A DNA stretch of 55,230 bases, the filler included, from Porpidia crustulata (lineage: Eukaryota): the NCBI GenBank assembly GCA_964255105.1. It is 3 parts of 3 records of this genome, joined end to end, with 100 filler letters (N's around TTAATTAATTAA, not from the genome) between each part and the next. Parts side by side here need not be neighbours in the genome. Positions count along the whole stretch, not along the records: positions 18,479 to 36,834 come from CAXUWE010000183.1; 2 more parts are not named here. One strand, given 5' to 3'. Under the pieces are notes generated by a model. That model ran no database searches. It was not told where the DNA came from and saw only the letters and a program-made list of their open reading frames with translations. Position numbers and translations under genes: made by a program. The first letter of the stretch is position 1, and every line of letters begins with the position of its first letter. Below are positions 22,687 to 35,145 of this stretch, piece by piece.

Positions 22687-23586
22687 CTAATACGGAAAGT
22701 TCGCCTCGAAGTCTGCGATGAGGCCAACTCGAGTAGGTTGCCATCCCAACTCCTTCCTTGTCTTCTCGCTCGAAGTTGGATTGTCTAAAGCCAGGAGGTA
22801 GGCAAACATACCTAGAGCCGGTGTTGCAGTCTCCGTAGACTGGCTCTCCACCGGTAGCTTCATATGCTTCCCCACCATCTCCATCGTATCCTTCATCGAC
22901 ACGCCTTCCTCAGCAACAGCATGGTATGTGCTCCCCGCTTTCCCCTTCTCCAGCGCCAGTCGTACCAATACTGCAGCATCATCTCTATGACAAGCCGGCC
23001 ATCGAGTGGAACCGTCACCAATATAAACGACCGGACCCCCCTTTTCATGGTACATATCAATCAGTATACGAGTCAGACCTCCCTTTCCTTCAGCGTATAC
23101 CGTCGGCGCGAATCTGATCACGGACCCACGAACCCCCTTCTCCTTTGACAACTGATATACCATATCCGCAGATATCGCCCGATCCGAGAATGGTGGCATA
23201 CTCCTGTCAACCTCACTATCCTCCGTCGCCAGCACTCCCTTGGGACAGATCAGCGTCCCTGAAGCCAGCACGAACGGCTTCCCCGTTCCTGCCAACGCTT
23301 CCCCCATTACTTTAATGGCTGCCCTGTCGAGAGCCAACGAGCTTTCGAAGTCGTTGAAGTCGTGGTTAAAGGCCAGATGCACGATGCCGTCAGAGGCTTC
23401 CGCGCCGCGCCGAAGGCTTTCGATGTCTTTCAAGTTGCCTGTTAGGGGCGTGCCGCCCATTTTGGTGATGATGGAGGCGTTGGCGTCGTTGCGCGCGAGA
23501 CCGGTCACGGAGTGACCGTGTGCCAGGAGTTCTTTTACGCTTGCTTGGCCAATGAGACCGGTAGCGCCAGTTACGAAGACGTGCAT
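22687..23586 (-). CDS. NAD-dependent epimerase/dehydratase-family (extended SDR) oxidoreductase
   Basis: MHVFVTGATGLIG Rossmann motif, IVHLAFNHDF, RWPACHRDDAA, KTRKELGWQP; intact, intronless. Confidence 0.9.
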   Translation of the reverse strand: MHVFVTGATGLIGQASVKELLAHGHSVTGLARNDANASIITKMGGTPLTGNLKDIESLRRGAEASDGIVHLAFNHDFNDFESSLALDRAAIKVMGEALAGTGKPFVLASGTLICPKGVLATEDSEVDRSMPPFSDRAISADMVYQLSKEKGVRGSVIRFAPTVYAEGKGGLTRILIDMYHEKGGPVVYIGDGSTRWPACHRDDAAVLVRLALEKGKAGSTYHAVAEEGVSMKDTMEMVGKHMKLPVESQSTETATPALGMFAYLLALDNPTSSEKTRKELGWQPTRVGLIADFEANFPY

Positions 23587-25003
23587 GGCTAATTCTTTAG
23601 GGGAGCTCTGGAGGATTGGTGGAAGTGATGCGTTGCTGAACTTCGGATTTGAGACTTTTGGAAGAATGAAGGAGTTTGGGGGATATTAAGATTGATGAGA
23701 TTGGCTGAATAAGTGACAGTTTCCCATTCCAGACGGAATCTTCAACCTCTTTGTATGTTTTTCAGAAGCCACCAAACTGCCTATGGCTTTTGCTTATGAT
23801 GCATGCCCGCTTAAGTCCGCTCGTTGCTCATGTTCGTAACCCCGAAATATCCGAGCCCCTCCTTTTATATGCTTCGTAATCAAACGCCCTTTGTAATACA
23901 TGCAGTCCACGGCACTCTCATACCTAAGGTAATCATCTAGACTAAGGTAGCGATCGAGTACCCAAAAATTTGATAGCCTGCGCTACATCAAGACGCGGCT
24001 TTCATGGCCCGGGAGCTGGATCGAGGCGTCACGGGCCGGAAGACCAGCAACGAGAAATCCAGTTTACTGCTTACTCGTTTTGACCTAGCAACGGGCCAAT
24101 TCACCTAGGGTTAGGGCTCCAAAGGGGTTTTGGCGCTAGATGACCCGCTGCTGGTACTGGCCCGTTGGCGAGTACATACGAATATCGAGTGACTCGACGA
24201 CATACGCTTCTGTCTTCGAGTGGCAACCGGAAGAATTTCATGTACGATGAGTAAATCAGGCTATGACGTCCTACCAGCAAGCTCCAGGGTGCGTTACTGA
24301 AGAAAAAAATTGACGCAGAAATGGAGAGAACGCGGTGCTGTGATAGCATCATCGACACGAGATCGATTGTACATGTGGAATGTCAGCCGAGAATCTAGTG
24401 TAGGCTTCAAACGAAACTGGAATATTGGAAAAAGGACTTGGGGGCCTTTTGGTCTTGATTTGATCATGAGTAGGGATATGTATATATATTATATACACCC
24501 CGAATTTAGGATTGGGAAGGCTCTTGATTGGAACACCATCGCAGCATCCTTCCCGATTCGCTCTTGAACGTTCAGGCAGAAATCTCAGAGTCAAGGCAAT
24601 TTTCTATTAGTACATAAAGGCACAGGATAAGATGTTTCAATCAATGCATACTACGCTAGAAAAACAACGGCAAGACATGCTTTTAGTGCATGGACGTCGC
24701 ATGAGCCGAATTTGCTCCGTGCTATTTCACAGTCGCCGCTTGACTTCTGATTGAACAGCGATGCAGCTGCAGAAGTACGTAGAGTCTTGAGGTGAGACCA
24801 CTGCGAGATAGCATCCAAGGCTACAAGATGATGCCCGCTGATCATTAGCGCAAGTGCATGGCAAAGCATTTCTTCCACCCTCGTCGCTCAAACCTCGCTA
24901 CCAATGATCTTTCGATACTCAAAACTCGCCTCACATTCTTTGATCGAGCCTGAAATAAATTTAAAAGGCGTCAAAGATACTCCACGGTCACTGTCGACGA
25001 AGC

Positions 25004-25830
25004 ATGGCCTCTGATCGAGACTCCCTCAAAAACAAAGAATGTTGTATGCAATATCTTTAAAATTGAAACTAGAGATCGCAATGGCAATGTCGCTGACCTG
25101 GCTGCATAACGAGCATTCAGCGATTTACATTGCGAACGAGATGGCGTTCGCCCATAACGCCATGATCCGCGGCATTAACAGCATTTACAACCAAGCTGCA
25201 CACGTCGAGAACATCAGAAACATCGTCGACTTTATGTTCTTCGTCAGAGCTTGGGCTGACTGAGTTGATCATCATCACAATCTGAAAGAAACGCTCATGT
25301 TCCCAGCCTTTGAGGATGTCAAGGGTAAGCCAGGGTATCTTAAAGCCAACGTCGAACAACATCACGAGTTCGAGCCAGGATTGAAGAAGCCTGTGGCGTT
25401 CACCAACGACACCAAATCTGAAGACTATAAGGGCGAGACTTTGAAAGGGATAATCGACGAGTTTGCGCAAGGCCTACAGGGGCACCTCCACAATGAGATA
25501 CCTACGCTTCTGGCCATGCGGCCTTACGATAGCGATGCGTTGCTAAAGGTGCACAAGAAGTGTGAGGCCGCTGCGGGTCAGCAAGATAAGGTACGACTTC
25601 AGGACTCGCTTGTTATTATTTCACATACTGAGCTGGTCTACAGACTGTTGTGCCGCCTATGGTACTCGGGCTTTGCGACAAGACGTCCCAAGGTGGCAAC
25701 AATTGGCCTGTCATGCCTTAGATTGCTCCTTACATCGTTCATTACTTCTTTGCCCGCAAGCATGCTAAGTCTTAGCGATTTCTGCCGTGTGACGCCTTGG
25801 GGAATACTACGACCCTTAGCTTTTAATAAG
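25004..25830 (+). pseudogene. Hemerythrin/HHE cation-binding domain protein pseudogene
   Basis: EMAFAHNAMIRGINSIYNQA, AWAD*VDHHHNLKETLMFP (TGA 25261), NVEQHHEF, HLHNEIPTLL; last exon has two more TAG stops. Confidence 0.8.
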
Positions 25831-26149
25831 TAGTGGTCGATTCGCCAAACAAGCAAAAAACAGGTGTAGAAATTCGTGAATCGGCAAGTTGTTGTTCAAG
25901 ATCCTCGGTCACATCCTCTGAAAAGAATGAGCCACGAAGTAGTAACATCGCTCTTACAGGAGACCTTTTGCAAGAAGCCAGGTTCAGCATCATCATCCTC
26001 TCGATGACCATAGCAACCGAATGCGCATCCTGCACCATTTACGCAAGTGTAATGGCTGGATTCCTGGCTGTTTTATTATTTTGATTCTGCTGGTCTTTCA
26101 GCAGCTGTTCACCCGCCAGACTTCGTCACCAAAAACTTCAACGGAGTCA

Positions 26150-27840
26150 CATTCGGAGATGAAGCTCATTGAAGCCAACGATACGGTAAAAGCTTTCAGC
26201 GAAATCAATCCAGATGCCATCGAACTTGCTCATGAGTGTGACAATGAGAGGAAGAGAGGGAAAACACAAGGGTTTCTGCATGGGGTTCCCTTCCTGGCGA
26301 AGAACACATTCATGACTCTGGGCCGCATGCCAACAACGTGTATTTCTGCGTAAACATCAATGATTTCAATTTTACTCACGCGCCAATCGTAGATGGTTTC
26401 ACAAGACTCAGAGGAGCGATACCGAGATTCGAAGCTACGGTAGCCACAAAGCTCCGTGAAGAAGGCGCGGTATTGTTGGGCAAAACTGCCTTGACAGAAT
26501 CGGCAAATTATCGTAGTCCTCAGGAACGGCTGATCTGGCATAAAGGGACAATGTATCGCTCCATATGCACCGAATGAAGACCCTTCTGGCTCTTCTTCTG
26601 GGAGCGCAGCACGTGTATCACTTGGACTGTGCGCGTTCGGACTTGGTACTGAAGTATGAGTTGACGTCCCTTCCAGCATTCGTCTCAACCCCAAGCTAAA
26701 TAGCTGTATATAGACTAAAGGTAGTATCACAAACCCCGCGCGGCGATCCGCAATGGTAGGTATCAAGCCAACAAAGGTTTGACTTTGCAGTTCGGGGCTA
26801 CATGGTCAGCGAGTACCAAGATTCAGTGGGAGTTCATGGACGAACTGTTGAGGACTGTGCTATTGCGTTATCTGCAATTTCTGATAACTAAGTATCTTCA
26901 AGCAATAAGTCTCCTCTGACAGACCAAAGGCAATGACGAGAAAGACCTCTTTACATTCCACGACCCTAGAGATGACGAGAACAAAAAATTCCTAAAAGCG
27001 AAAACCTATAATCCCTCGTCACTTAGACTCTACTATGCCTCCACACTTGAATCAGATGGCATGACGGGCACACGAGTTGTGGTCGGTCTTCTCAACAAAT
27101 GTACGAAAAGACATAGCAATAGTTGAAGTTAATCAGGTTATCCCCAGCTTTTCTGAATAAGGCTGAGGTCAGGCGAAAAAGCAACAGAAGAAGCAAATTG
27201 AGTTAATGCGTAGCCCCGGTGCCGTGATCATCGATGATGCGGAATTTACGCATCTGGAAACTGACGCAGAGAGGAGAAACGACGAAGAATGGCATGGGGC
27301 ATTCAGGGTTCAGCTCAGAAATAGTACGATAGATTCATCAACTCTGGTATGTCTTCAAGCTGACAAAAAGCTAATATCGGCTAGACATGAGAAACATCCT
27401 GGGCGCGTTTCAAAGACAGTCGAATGGCCTTCACACTTTGACTAAATGTGAATGAGTACATTAAAAGAAATCCCGGCGAGTGCGCCGAAGAGTACGCGAT
27501 AGATGAATAATTGACTGCAGAGAAAGCGGCGCCTTTGTATGAGATCGATCGGACTCGTACAACAGGTCGCTAGCAAGGAGACTCGCGGCTGATGTCAAGA
27601 TCAAAGAATTGCTTACCAGATATCAAAATGACATTTATCTATGTTCTGCTTCGAGGTGGCAGCCTGCCATGGCGGGAGGCCGCCCAACAATTTCAGTACC
27701 TATCGGTACATTTCCTCCAGACACACCAATCAAGACAAGAGCTGAAACAGGTCTGGCTCAGAAAGCTCCTGACGTTCTGTAAGTATTCAATGGCCACGGC
27801 TCGCCGAGAAGACGGGCTATCCAGAGACGGAGCTAGCGCG
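26150..27840 (+). pseudogene. Amidase-signature family pseudogene
   Basis: LHGVPFLAKN, KLREEGAVLLGKT, DPSGSSSGSA, GLGTE, GSITNPA..MVGIKPT; several frameshifts and stops. Confidence 0.85.
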
Positions 27841-29093
27841 TAAATACCACCCCGAGATGACCCGCTCCCAAGTCGCAGCAGTCCAGAAAGACGAGCAAAA
27901 GCGCATGTCGTTCTGGCACGATACTGTCATGAAAGAAGTTAAATCAAACGCCGCATTCAAAGCAAAGAAAGCGCCATTGGAGGCGGAACTTTCCCTCCTG
28001 CTCATGAAAGCCGAGCGGGTTGCCGTCACAAAGACCACAAACTCCCCCGGGAGGCAGCGAAACGCGTCCACATTGGACTCGTCACCGCGGCGCGCCATAT
28101 GGATACGAAGGAGCCGATTGCTCCATAGATGACGCTGCAGATCGAGGAGGCAATGGAATTCCGCAAAGGCGGGCAATAAATCTACGCTTGTGGGGTAGCT
28201 ACTGGTGCCGGATTTCGATTCCCGCTCGGGTGGGAAAACCCGCGGCAAGCAAGACAGTCGATGATGGCCGCGTCGTGGTGTAGAGACATGGGAACGAACC
28301 TACCCCGCCTGCGGGGTAGGAAGGGACATGGGGATGCTGGTGCTTGTGGTCCAGTTGCAACGGCAATCTGATTCACATCCCATCACAGACGAATCCTCGA
28401 GACGATCGTATTCAAACTTCATAGAAGCTCTTCGCCACGGCCCTGAGTGTCGGGGATAAGGTCAAAAGTTATAACAGAGCAGGGGATAAAAAGCTACAGC
28501 AGCCGTTTCAGTACCATCGATAGACACGATCGACAGCACATCCAACCTATAGTAATATTTTCCCCAACACCAAGTTTGACCCCTTCGTAGAGAAAAACAT
28601 CTTAAAAAAAAACCACCAAACCTAATTAAAACTTTATATACATCCGTGAGCTAGAGACATCTAGGACCCCTGCCTGTACTGCGAAGTCAACTCGGGCACC
28701 TAGCCATGGACGTTACTCCCTCCAGCACCTAGTTACCTCACCCCACCCTTTTGCTTTTCCAGCAAACTTCAAGAAAGGAGAATAAGGGCCACTGGTTGTT
28801 GGGAAGGAGGATTTTACTCCTTCGTTACGACGATGAAACCTCCACAGGCACGAAATCTCATCGTCGTCGTCGAAGCAACGGCCAGCATCGCAGCTGCACA
28901 ACCCATACCCTACTCACGTCGATAGGATCAGCGCCGTCCGCGACTCAGCCAAGTCCCCGACCTTTTCTTTACGCAACCGTCCACAAGCCCAGCAAAAGCA
29001 TCAGCGCGACGTGATGCCGTCATCTTTAAAATCGTCACGAATGAGCGAAGTTTAGGTTTTCTGGCGGATCGACCGACAACGATAGGTGTAGTG

Positions 29094-29298
29094 TACTCGT
29101 ATTCACCCCTCGTTCGATTACACCCCTAGTTCGAAAACTGCACTTAGGGTTAGGAATTAAAAATTCTCTGAACCCTAACCCTAAGTGTAGTTTTCGAGCT
29201 AGGGGTGTAATNNNNNNNNNNAATTTATTCTCCACCACATTCCTTTTTTTTTTTTTTGGGGTGGTGTGTTTTACCCGAACGAGGGGTGAATGCGAGTA
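29094..29298. mobile_element. Pogo/Tc1-type TA-flanked MITE or foldback element spanning an N gap
   Basis: TA+ctcgtattcacccctcgttcg (29094-29116) vs cgaacgaggggtgaatgcgag+TA (29276-29298); inner IR 29117-29154 / 29174-29211 containing ttagggttagg. Confidence 0.7.
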
Positions 29299-29804
29299 GT
29301 ATGTTCTGCTTTCTCTCTCTCTCTTTTCTCAACGTACCGACGAGATTTGGTCGCCGAGGATCTGATTAGATCACTCGGTGCTTGCTACAGAGGATGACTG
29401 GAGCGGCAATGGGGTCCCGCTACATCACCTCTATCATTGGGTACATCGTTTGCGTTGCAGTTGCATCATCGCGTACGGACTACGCGCGTCGAAAGCGGAG
29501 CTCGCGGGGAGGTTGAGTGGGGATATGTTTCATGGAAGTAATGCGTGTGATTTGAGTATGATATTCATGGACCAATGTTTAAGAATGACGATCTAGAGGA
29601 TGAGATGGTGGAGGAAGTTTATCCACCGAATCTTTTTCCTAGATGTGAATAGGAATCGCGCATTCTTACAGAACCAAAAGCGTGAAATTTCGTCTTCATC
29701 AACTAGATCGAAGCCCCATAGCGATGTGCAAAAGACCCCTTTTCACAGCTACATCAGCGCCCATTCCGCTGCTTAAGGTCAACGTCACCTCACTTTCCGC
29801 CCCC

Positions 29805-31012
29805 CTACGCCGCCGCAACAGCCCCAAACCGATACTGCGCCCAATTCAGACTCCCCTCAGGAAGCGCCCACAGCCGCACGCCCACATCCGACCCCGCAGC
29901 GCCGGCAGCGACATGCATCGGCAGGATATGCTCCAAGCTCGGATGTGCCGCTCTGGCATCACCGCGCTTCAGCAACGCCGTCATCGCCGCCTGGCGCCCC
30001 GCTGGCTCCATGGCGATGGCTTCTTTCACTGCTTCTTCGAAGCTGGAGGCGTAGCTGCATGCACCAACGTCAGCAGAGGATTACACACACATACACACAC
30101 ACACACACACACGGTCAACCCAAGAGGACCGGCATGGTGGGAACTTACGGCATGATTTTGGTGCTTGACCTCGCCTTGCGGAAGTCGTGAAGGTTGTGAA
30201 CGGCCATGCCGGCGCCGATGATGAGAACGCCTTCGTCCCGGAGCTTTTCCAGCGCTCGCCCGATGCGGTAATGGTGGTCCGGGTCCTCGTTGCCGAGCAG
30301 CGAAATCTGCACGATCGGGACGTTCAACGGGTTCGTCTTCGGATCGAAGGCTGTTTGGGGGCAGTTGCATGAGCGATGCGATGCGATGCACACGAGATCC
30401 AAAAATCCAAGAAAGGAGACTCAATCACATACCGGCCAAGAATCCCACCCAGACGCCATGGTCGAGCCCTCGGTGAACCCGATCCACTCCGATACCCGCA
30501 GTGGAGAGCTCCTCGATCACCATCTCGGCCACCTCGCGGCTTCCCTTGTTCGGGTACTTGTATTCGTAGTAGTGAGACGGAAAGCCGTAGAAGTCATAGA
30601 TCAGATCCGTCTTCTCGGCGACGTTGACCGCCACCGTGCTCGGGCCATGTTGCCAATGCGCCGAGAAGACGACGACGGCCTTGGGCTTCACTTTGGTCGT
30701 AATCTCCCGCCCGGTTTCGCCCAGTTTGAGAAAGGCGGGATGGTCTTTGGCTTCCATAAAGTTGGGCCCGCCGATCCCGAGGAAGTAGACGGGCATCCTG
30801 GAAGAGGAGTCGGTGTGAGAGGCGGCTTCGGACATGGTGCTCGCTGCTGGTGCGGTCGATGGTGCTGTGGTGCCGGTTTGCCAGATGCGAGACTGCGCAG
30901 TGCGGTAGATGGCCTGGATGGAGAAGATGCCCAGGAGAAGGAAACAGCAGACGGATTTCGAGGGGAGGAAGGAACGGTTGTATGGTGGCGCCGAGGGCAT
31001 GACGAGCTGCAT
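29805..31012 (-). CDS. LigB-family (class III) extradiol ring-cleavage dioxygenase, DODA-like; 3 exons
   Basis: KPKAVVVFSAHWQ, LIYDFYGFPSHYY, RGLDHGVWV, VPIVQISL, GAGMAVHNL, AHPSLEHILPMHVAAGAAG; two GT-AG introns. Confidence 0.92.
30083..30112. repeat. (CA)n microsatellite in dioxygenase intron 2
   Basis: acacacacatacacacacacacacacacac. Confidence 0.9.
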
Positions 31013-32014
31013 TCATTCCCACTTTCGCCCTAGGACATTTTCGCGTCTTATCTCAATCCGAGAGGCGCTTACCCCGGGATCACAGGTTTCTATGCGTACA
31101 CATAGTAATATCTAGATTCGGATTATTCCCGCGCATGTGACATACCACTCCAAGCCATCACACATCATGAATGGTGTTTTGAATGTTGCAAAAACGAATT
31201 CTTGGGATCGCGCGCGGGTCCTTTATTGAGACTAGCCACATTTCTGAAACCTTGAAGATTTCCGCGTGGGCTTGCAGGGTTGACAGTAGCGTACAGGGTC
31301 GCATCGCATGCAGGCTAATCGCGCGCGAGGATTGCATCATCTCATGCATGCGCGCGTCCTTTCCGCCTTTCCGGAACCGGAGGTTGCCGGCAAAAGTCCC
31401 TGCATGCCAAGACTCGGCTTGAACTACAGGGATAGCTTCAGAAGCTCCAGTGGTGCAGGTGGGGGCTTTGGAGAGATGATCAGGCAAGTATCAGATGTCG
31501 TCGGCGGATCGGTTCAGAAACATTCGGACTTCTTGAGACAAGGCTCTTAGGTGACTTGAAAACGGACGGGGCTTTACTGGTGGGTGCTATTCACGTCTAT
31601 TAGGAACTTTTGCCGTCAATCCGCCCCCATATGCATGCATGAATTCTCGCGCGCGGGGGCGCGCGGGATTTCCCTCGAGACGCACCAGATAACAAATCAC
31701 GCTGTTACGAGCGTGGAAGAGGAAGGCGATGGCGTTGTTGAGTGCTCTCGGGCTTTTGTTACTTGCAACCGGTGGAAATGATTGACCATGATGACGAAGC
31801 CTGAAGGAGAAGCGGGGTTTGGCCAAACGGAGGGGGCGTATATGAATGAGGCCGGTGCTTGGTATAAGTAGACGGAATCTCAACCGCAAATATGTCTTTC
31901 TTTCACTCCATCTCTCAGCGTCTTCAAAATCGATTGTCATCAAGACCAAGCCCCAACTCCACTTCAGTCACCACCTCCAAGTCCACCTCCCAACCCAGCA
32001 TCAAGAACGGCACC

Positions 32015-32772
32015 ATGGCAGCCACGCCCATCGTCCTCATCCTCGGATCCGGCCCCAGAGTCGGTGCTGCCGTCTCCGAGACATTCGCCGCCAACGGCTA
32101 CCAGGTCGCTGTAGCTGCCAGGAAGGGAACCAACTCCAGGATCGACAACGGTCTCCTCTCGATCAAGGCCGACTTCAACCAACCCGAGTCGGTCGCGGCC
32201 GTCTTCGATGCGGTCAAGGCCGAGTTCGGTGCCGCCCCCGGCATCGTCATCTACAACGCCGCCGCACTCACGCCTCCTTCCGACAATGCCTCGGCCTTGT
32301 CCATCCCCGCGGCCAAAGTCACGTCCGACTTGAACGTCAACGTCGTCAGCCCGTACGTCGCGGCCCAGGAGGCCATTAAGGGCTGGGCGACGCTTCCGGC
32401 CCAGGCCAAGACGACGTTCATCTACACGGGCAACATCCAGAACGAGGCCGTCCTGCCGGTGCCGATGATGTTGAATCTGGGCGTGGGCAAGGCGGCTTCC
32501 GCATACTGGGTTGGCCTTGCCGACGGCGCCTACTCGGCCAAAGGGTATCGGTGAGCAGTTTTTGATCCTTCGTGTGAAGAGACTGGTACTGACATGCTTG
32601 GCTTTCTAGATTCATCTACGCCGATGAGCGCCATCCAGATGGCAAGTTTAAGGGCATGGCGCTTGATGGACCAGCCCATGGCGGCTTCTATGCGCAGTTG
32701 GCGAAGTCTACGGAAGGTGTGCCGTGGCACGCTACGTTCGTGAAGGACAAGGGCTATGTTTCGTTCAAGTAA
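32015..32772 (+). CDS. Atypical short-chain dehydrogenase/reductase; 2 exons
   Basis: IVLILGSGPRVG, IVIYNAA, FIYTGN, LGVGKAASAYW; intron 32551-32609; exon 2 FIYADER..VPWHATFVKDKGYVSFK*. Confidence 0.88.
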
Positions 32773-32921
32773 ACGAGTTCCAAGTCACAAGCTCCAGACT
32801 GTGTGAGGGTGGAGGGAAGTGTCGGAGGTCAGATAAACCAAATCTATGCCATTGATCGAGGGTGAATTGCGTATCTTGGCCGCAGTGAAAATTTTCCCTC
32901 TTGTCTCGCCCGTGTGCTGTT

Positions 32922-34717
32922 CTACACGAGTAACACCAGATCACCTTGAATTCGGAAACAGGCAGCGAGGTCGCGATTTGCCACGTTCCTGCATCCCTGC
33001 TGCGCCATACATTCTCCATAATCTCAAGTGCCTTGTGTACAGTGCCAAACACGCTCAGCGGTTGCAACGTCTCCACCATGCCACGCATGTGAGGTTCCTG
33101 AGCGGGCTCCGCGAGGCAGCCTGCCACACAGAATGGCCACACCATTGTGCGTAGCAATGCCGGCGGCGATATTTGATGCGTCAGCAGCTCGACGATTCGC
33201 CCAACGTGATATCGCACGTCGACGCTAGCGGGCTGCCATCCAGACACAACGACGAACAGATAAACAATTGCGGCATGAGCCCAGACCTGGGTGACCAAGG
33301 AACCCTGACTAGCCGGTGTTTGAGAGTGCTGGCAGTAATCCGCCGTGAAGGCATCCAGTAGGCTGCTGCTGCCCTGTGGAATTATCACGGGATTGGTCTC
33401 AAGCCGCGCGAGGTCAGCTTCCAGAGAGTCTTTGATTGATGTGGCGCGGTGAACTAGCTGCATGATATCGAGATTCTCCGCTTTCTTACATCGCTGCTTC
33501 CAAGCGTCGAGAGCAGCAATTTCTCCGATCCGGATTAATGCCCAGTTTTGACACCCTACTGAAGCTCCAAGATTGATGACGGGTTCGGTGCTGTCGAAGC
33601 TGCCGAGAAGACTACGGTGATACTCATAAAGTCTTGGTGGCTCCTGGAGCACCGTACTGGCGATAATGTCATCCAACATCAGAAGGGCGGATGAGAAGCG
33701 AAAAGCGGCCTGTTCAGCGCTCGGGACTTGGACATTCTGGCCCAACAAATGCCACGACGACGGTCCTAGGCGGCTGATCACGGCATTGAAACTTGTACTA
33801 GGGCAAGCAAGACCGGCGGCACCGGCGCCGCCGCTGTCGAGAAGCTGTCGAAAAAGAGCCAAGGCGGCACTGAGGTGTGCTTGGCAGTTGTTGAAGCTCC
33901 TGACGGCAACCTCAAAACGCTGCAGCTGCATGATGCTTGCCATGATCCGAACGGCACCGTGCATGTGCTCGGTGATGCCTGGGCCGTCGATGACTTGCAG
34001 TGACTGTCTCAGCACAGCAAAGGCATCTCTAGTCTGCGTGAGCACCATCTCCCACGCCCCATCGTAGTTGGCCGTTCCGCGCGCAAGAGAAAGATAGTAT
34101 GAGCTCTGACACAGCGTGGCTTGCCGTACCACCGGGCTGCCGATCATCATTTCCAAGATCCATGACCTGCCGCCTTGTAGGAGAGAGGGTTGGTAGAATG
34201 GGAACAGAAATGGAAGCACGCTTTCGAGGTAAAATATGATGAGGATGCTTTCACGACTGTCTTTACTGGCGAGTGTGCAGTCAGCCTCGCGACGGATCAA
34301 GGGCGTAGAGGTCCCGGGGCAAGGATCCACCGCAGCTGCTTTGAGGAGGGCGCATTTCGGAATAGTCAGATTCATAGTAGATGGTCTCTGGGGGAGCACG
34401 ATCCGTTCGCCAGTGGGCGCTTCAGCAACTGAGATACGGTCGGAAGAGATGTTGACGGATCACTCACCACGACGGCGATGAGCATTTTTCTTGACCTTAC
34501 ACTTCAGCAACTCGGCCATCGCCTCCTGTCTCGAGGCGCCGTCCATCCATTCCGGTTTGGCCTGCTCATGATAGCAGGTAATTTGGAGTGCAGCACAGGC
34601 GTCGCAGACCGTGGAGTCCCCATTACATTTCTTGCGGCGGAGTTTGCACGTCCAACAACCACTGGAGGGTTTTGGTGGGGTACCATGGCGTGAACCGCGA
34701 GGCAATTCCACATCCAT
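32922..34717 (-). pseudogene. Zn2Cys6 transcription factor with Fungal_trans_2-type domain, disrupted
   Basis: GCWTCKLRRKKCNGDSTVCDACAALQITC; in-frame TGA at 34460; LRTMVWPFCVAGCLA; a plausible native end NRDLAACFRIQGDLVLLV* lies in another frame (frameshift ~32985). Confidence 0.8.
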
Positions 34718-34863
34718 AGTCCGGACAGTACAGACAGGTTTGAAAATTCCAGGTAGCAGCCCTCCCCATTCTTGTAGTCTGAGCAAAGCGTCGTTGTGGA
34801 GATCGAAGTTGGCGAGCCGATAGTAAAGTGTAATAGACCTCGAGGTTAGTTTAACGAAGCTCT

Positions 34864-35141
34864 ACCAGGGGGTGACAAAAGTCAGTAGACTCAGCCCTAC
34901 CGAGGCCCCACCAAAACATTTATTTTAGCTGATTAAGTTCTTTCAGTTCCCACCCACAACCTACCTATGGAGGAAATACGGGCGCGCATTCAGGAAATAT
35001 CATAGCGCTGTGATCACCTAATTGAATTTGATGATAAACCCATGGAATCGGATTTATGGTGATGGCTTCATGTAATTAGCAAAATTCGATGTTTTGGTGG
35101 GGTGGTAGGGCTGAGTCCACTGACTTTTGTCACCCCCTGGT
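34864..35141 (+). mobile_element. 278-bp non-autonomous TIR element (deletion derivative of a Tc1-like transposon)
   Basis: 38-bp TIR with 1 mismatch, extendable to ~55 bp; internal LPMEEIRARIQEIS*RCDHLIEFDDKPMESDLW*; flanked by direct repeat gctct. Confidence 0.88.
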
Positions 35142-35145
35142 GCTC

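Noticed and set aside
27857..28283. Short basic ORFs after the amidase
   Set aside because: No recognisable domain or gene structure.
29144..29184. Telomere or telomerase-RNA template
   Set aside because: Only about two hexamers per arm, inside an inverted repeat; no array or supporting structure.
30290..31033. 247-aa + strand ORF
   Set aside because: Antisense shadow of the dioxygenase.
18667..34717. Alternative genetic code explaining in-frame stops
   Set aside because: All three stop types occur together with frameshifts, and core genes in the window use the standard code.
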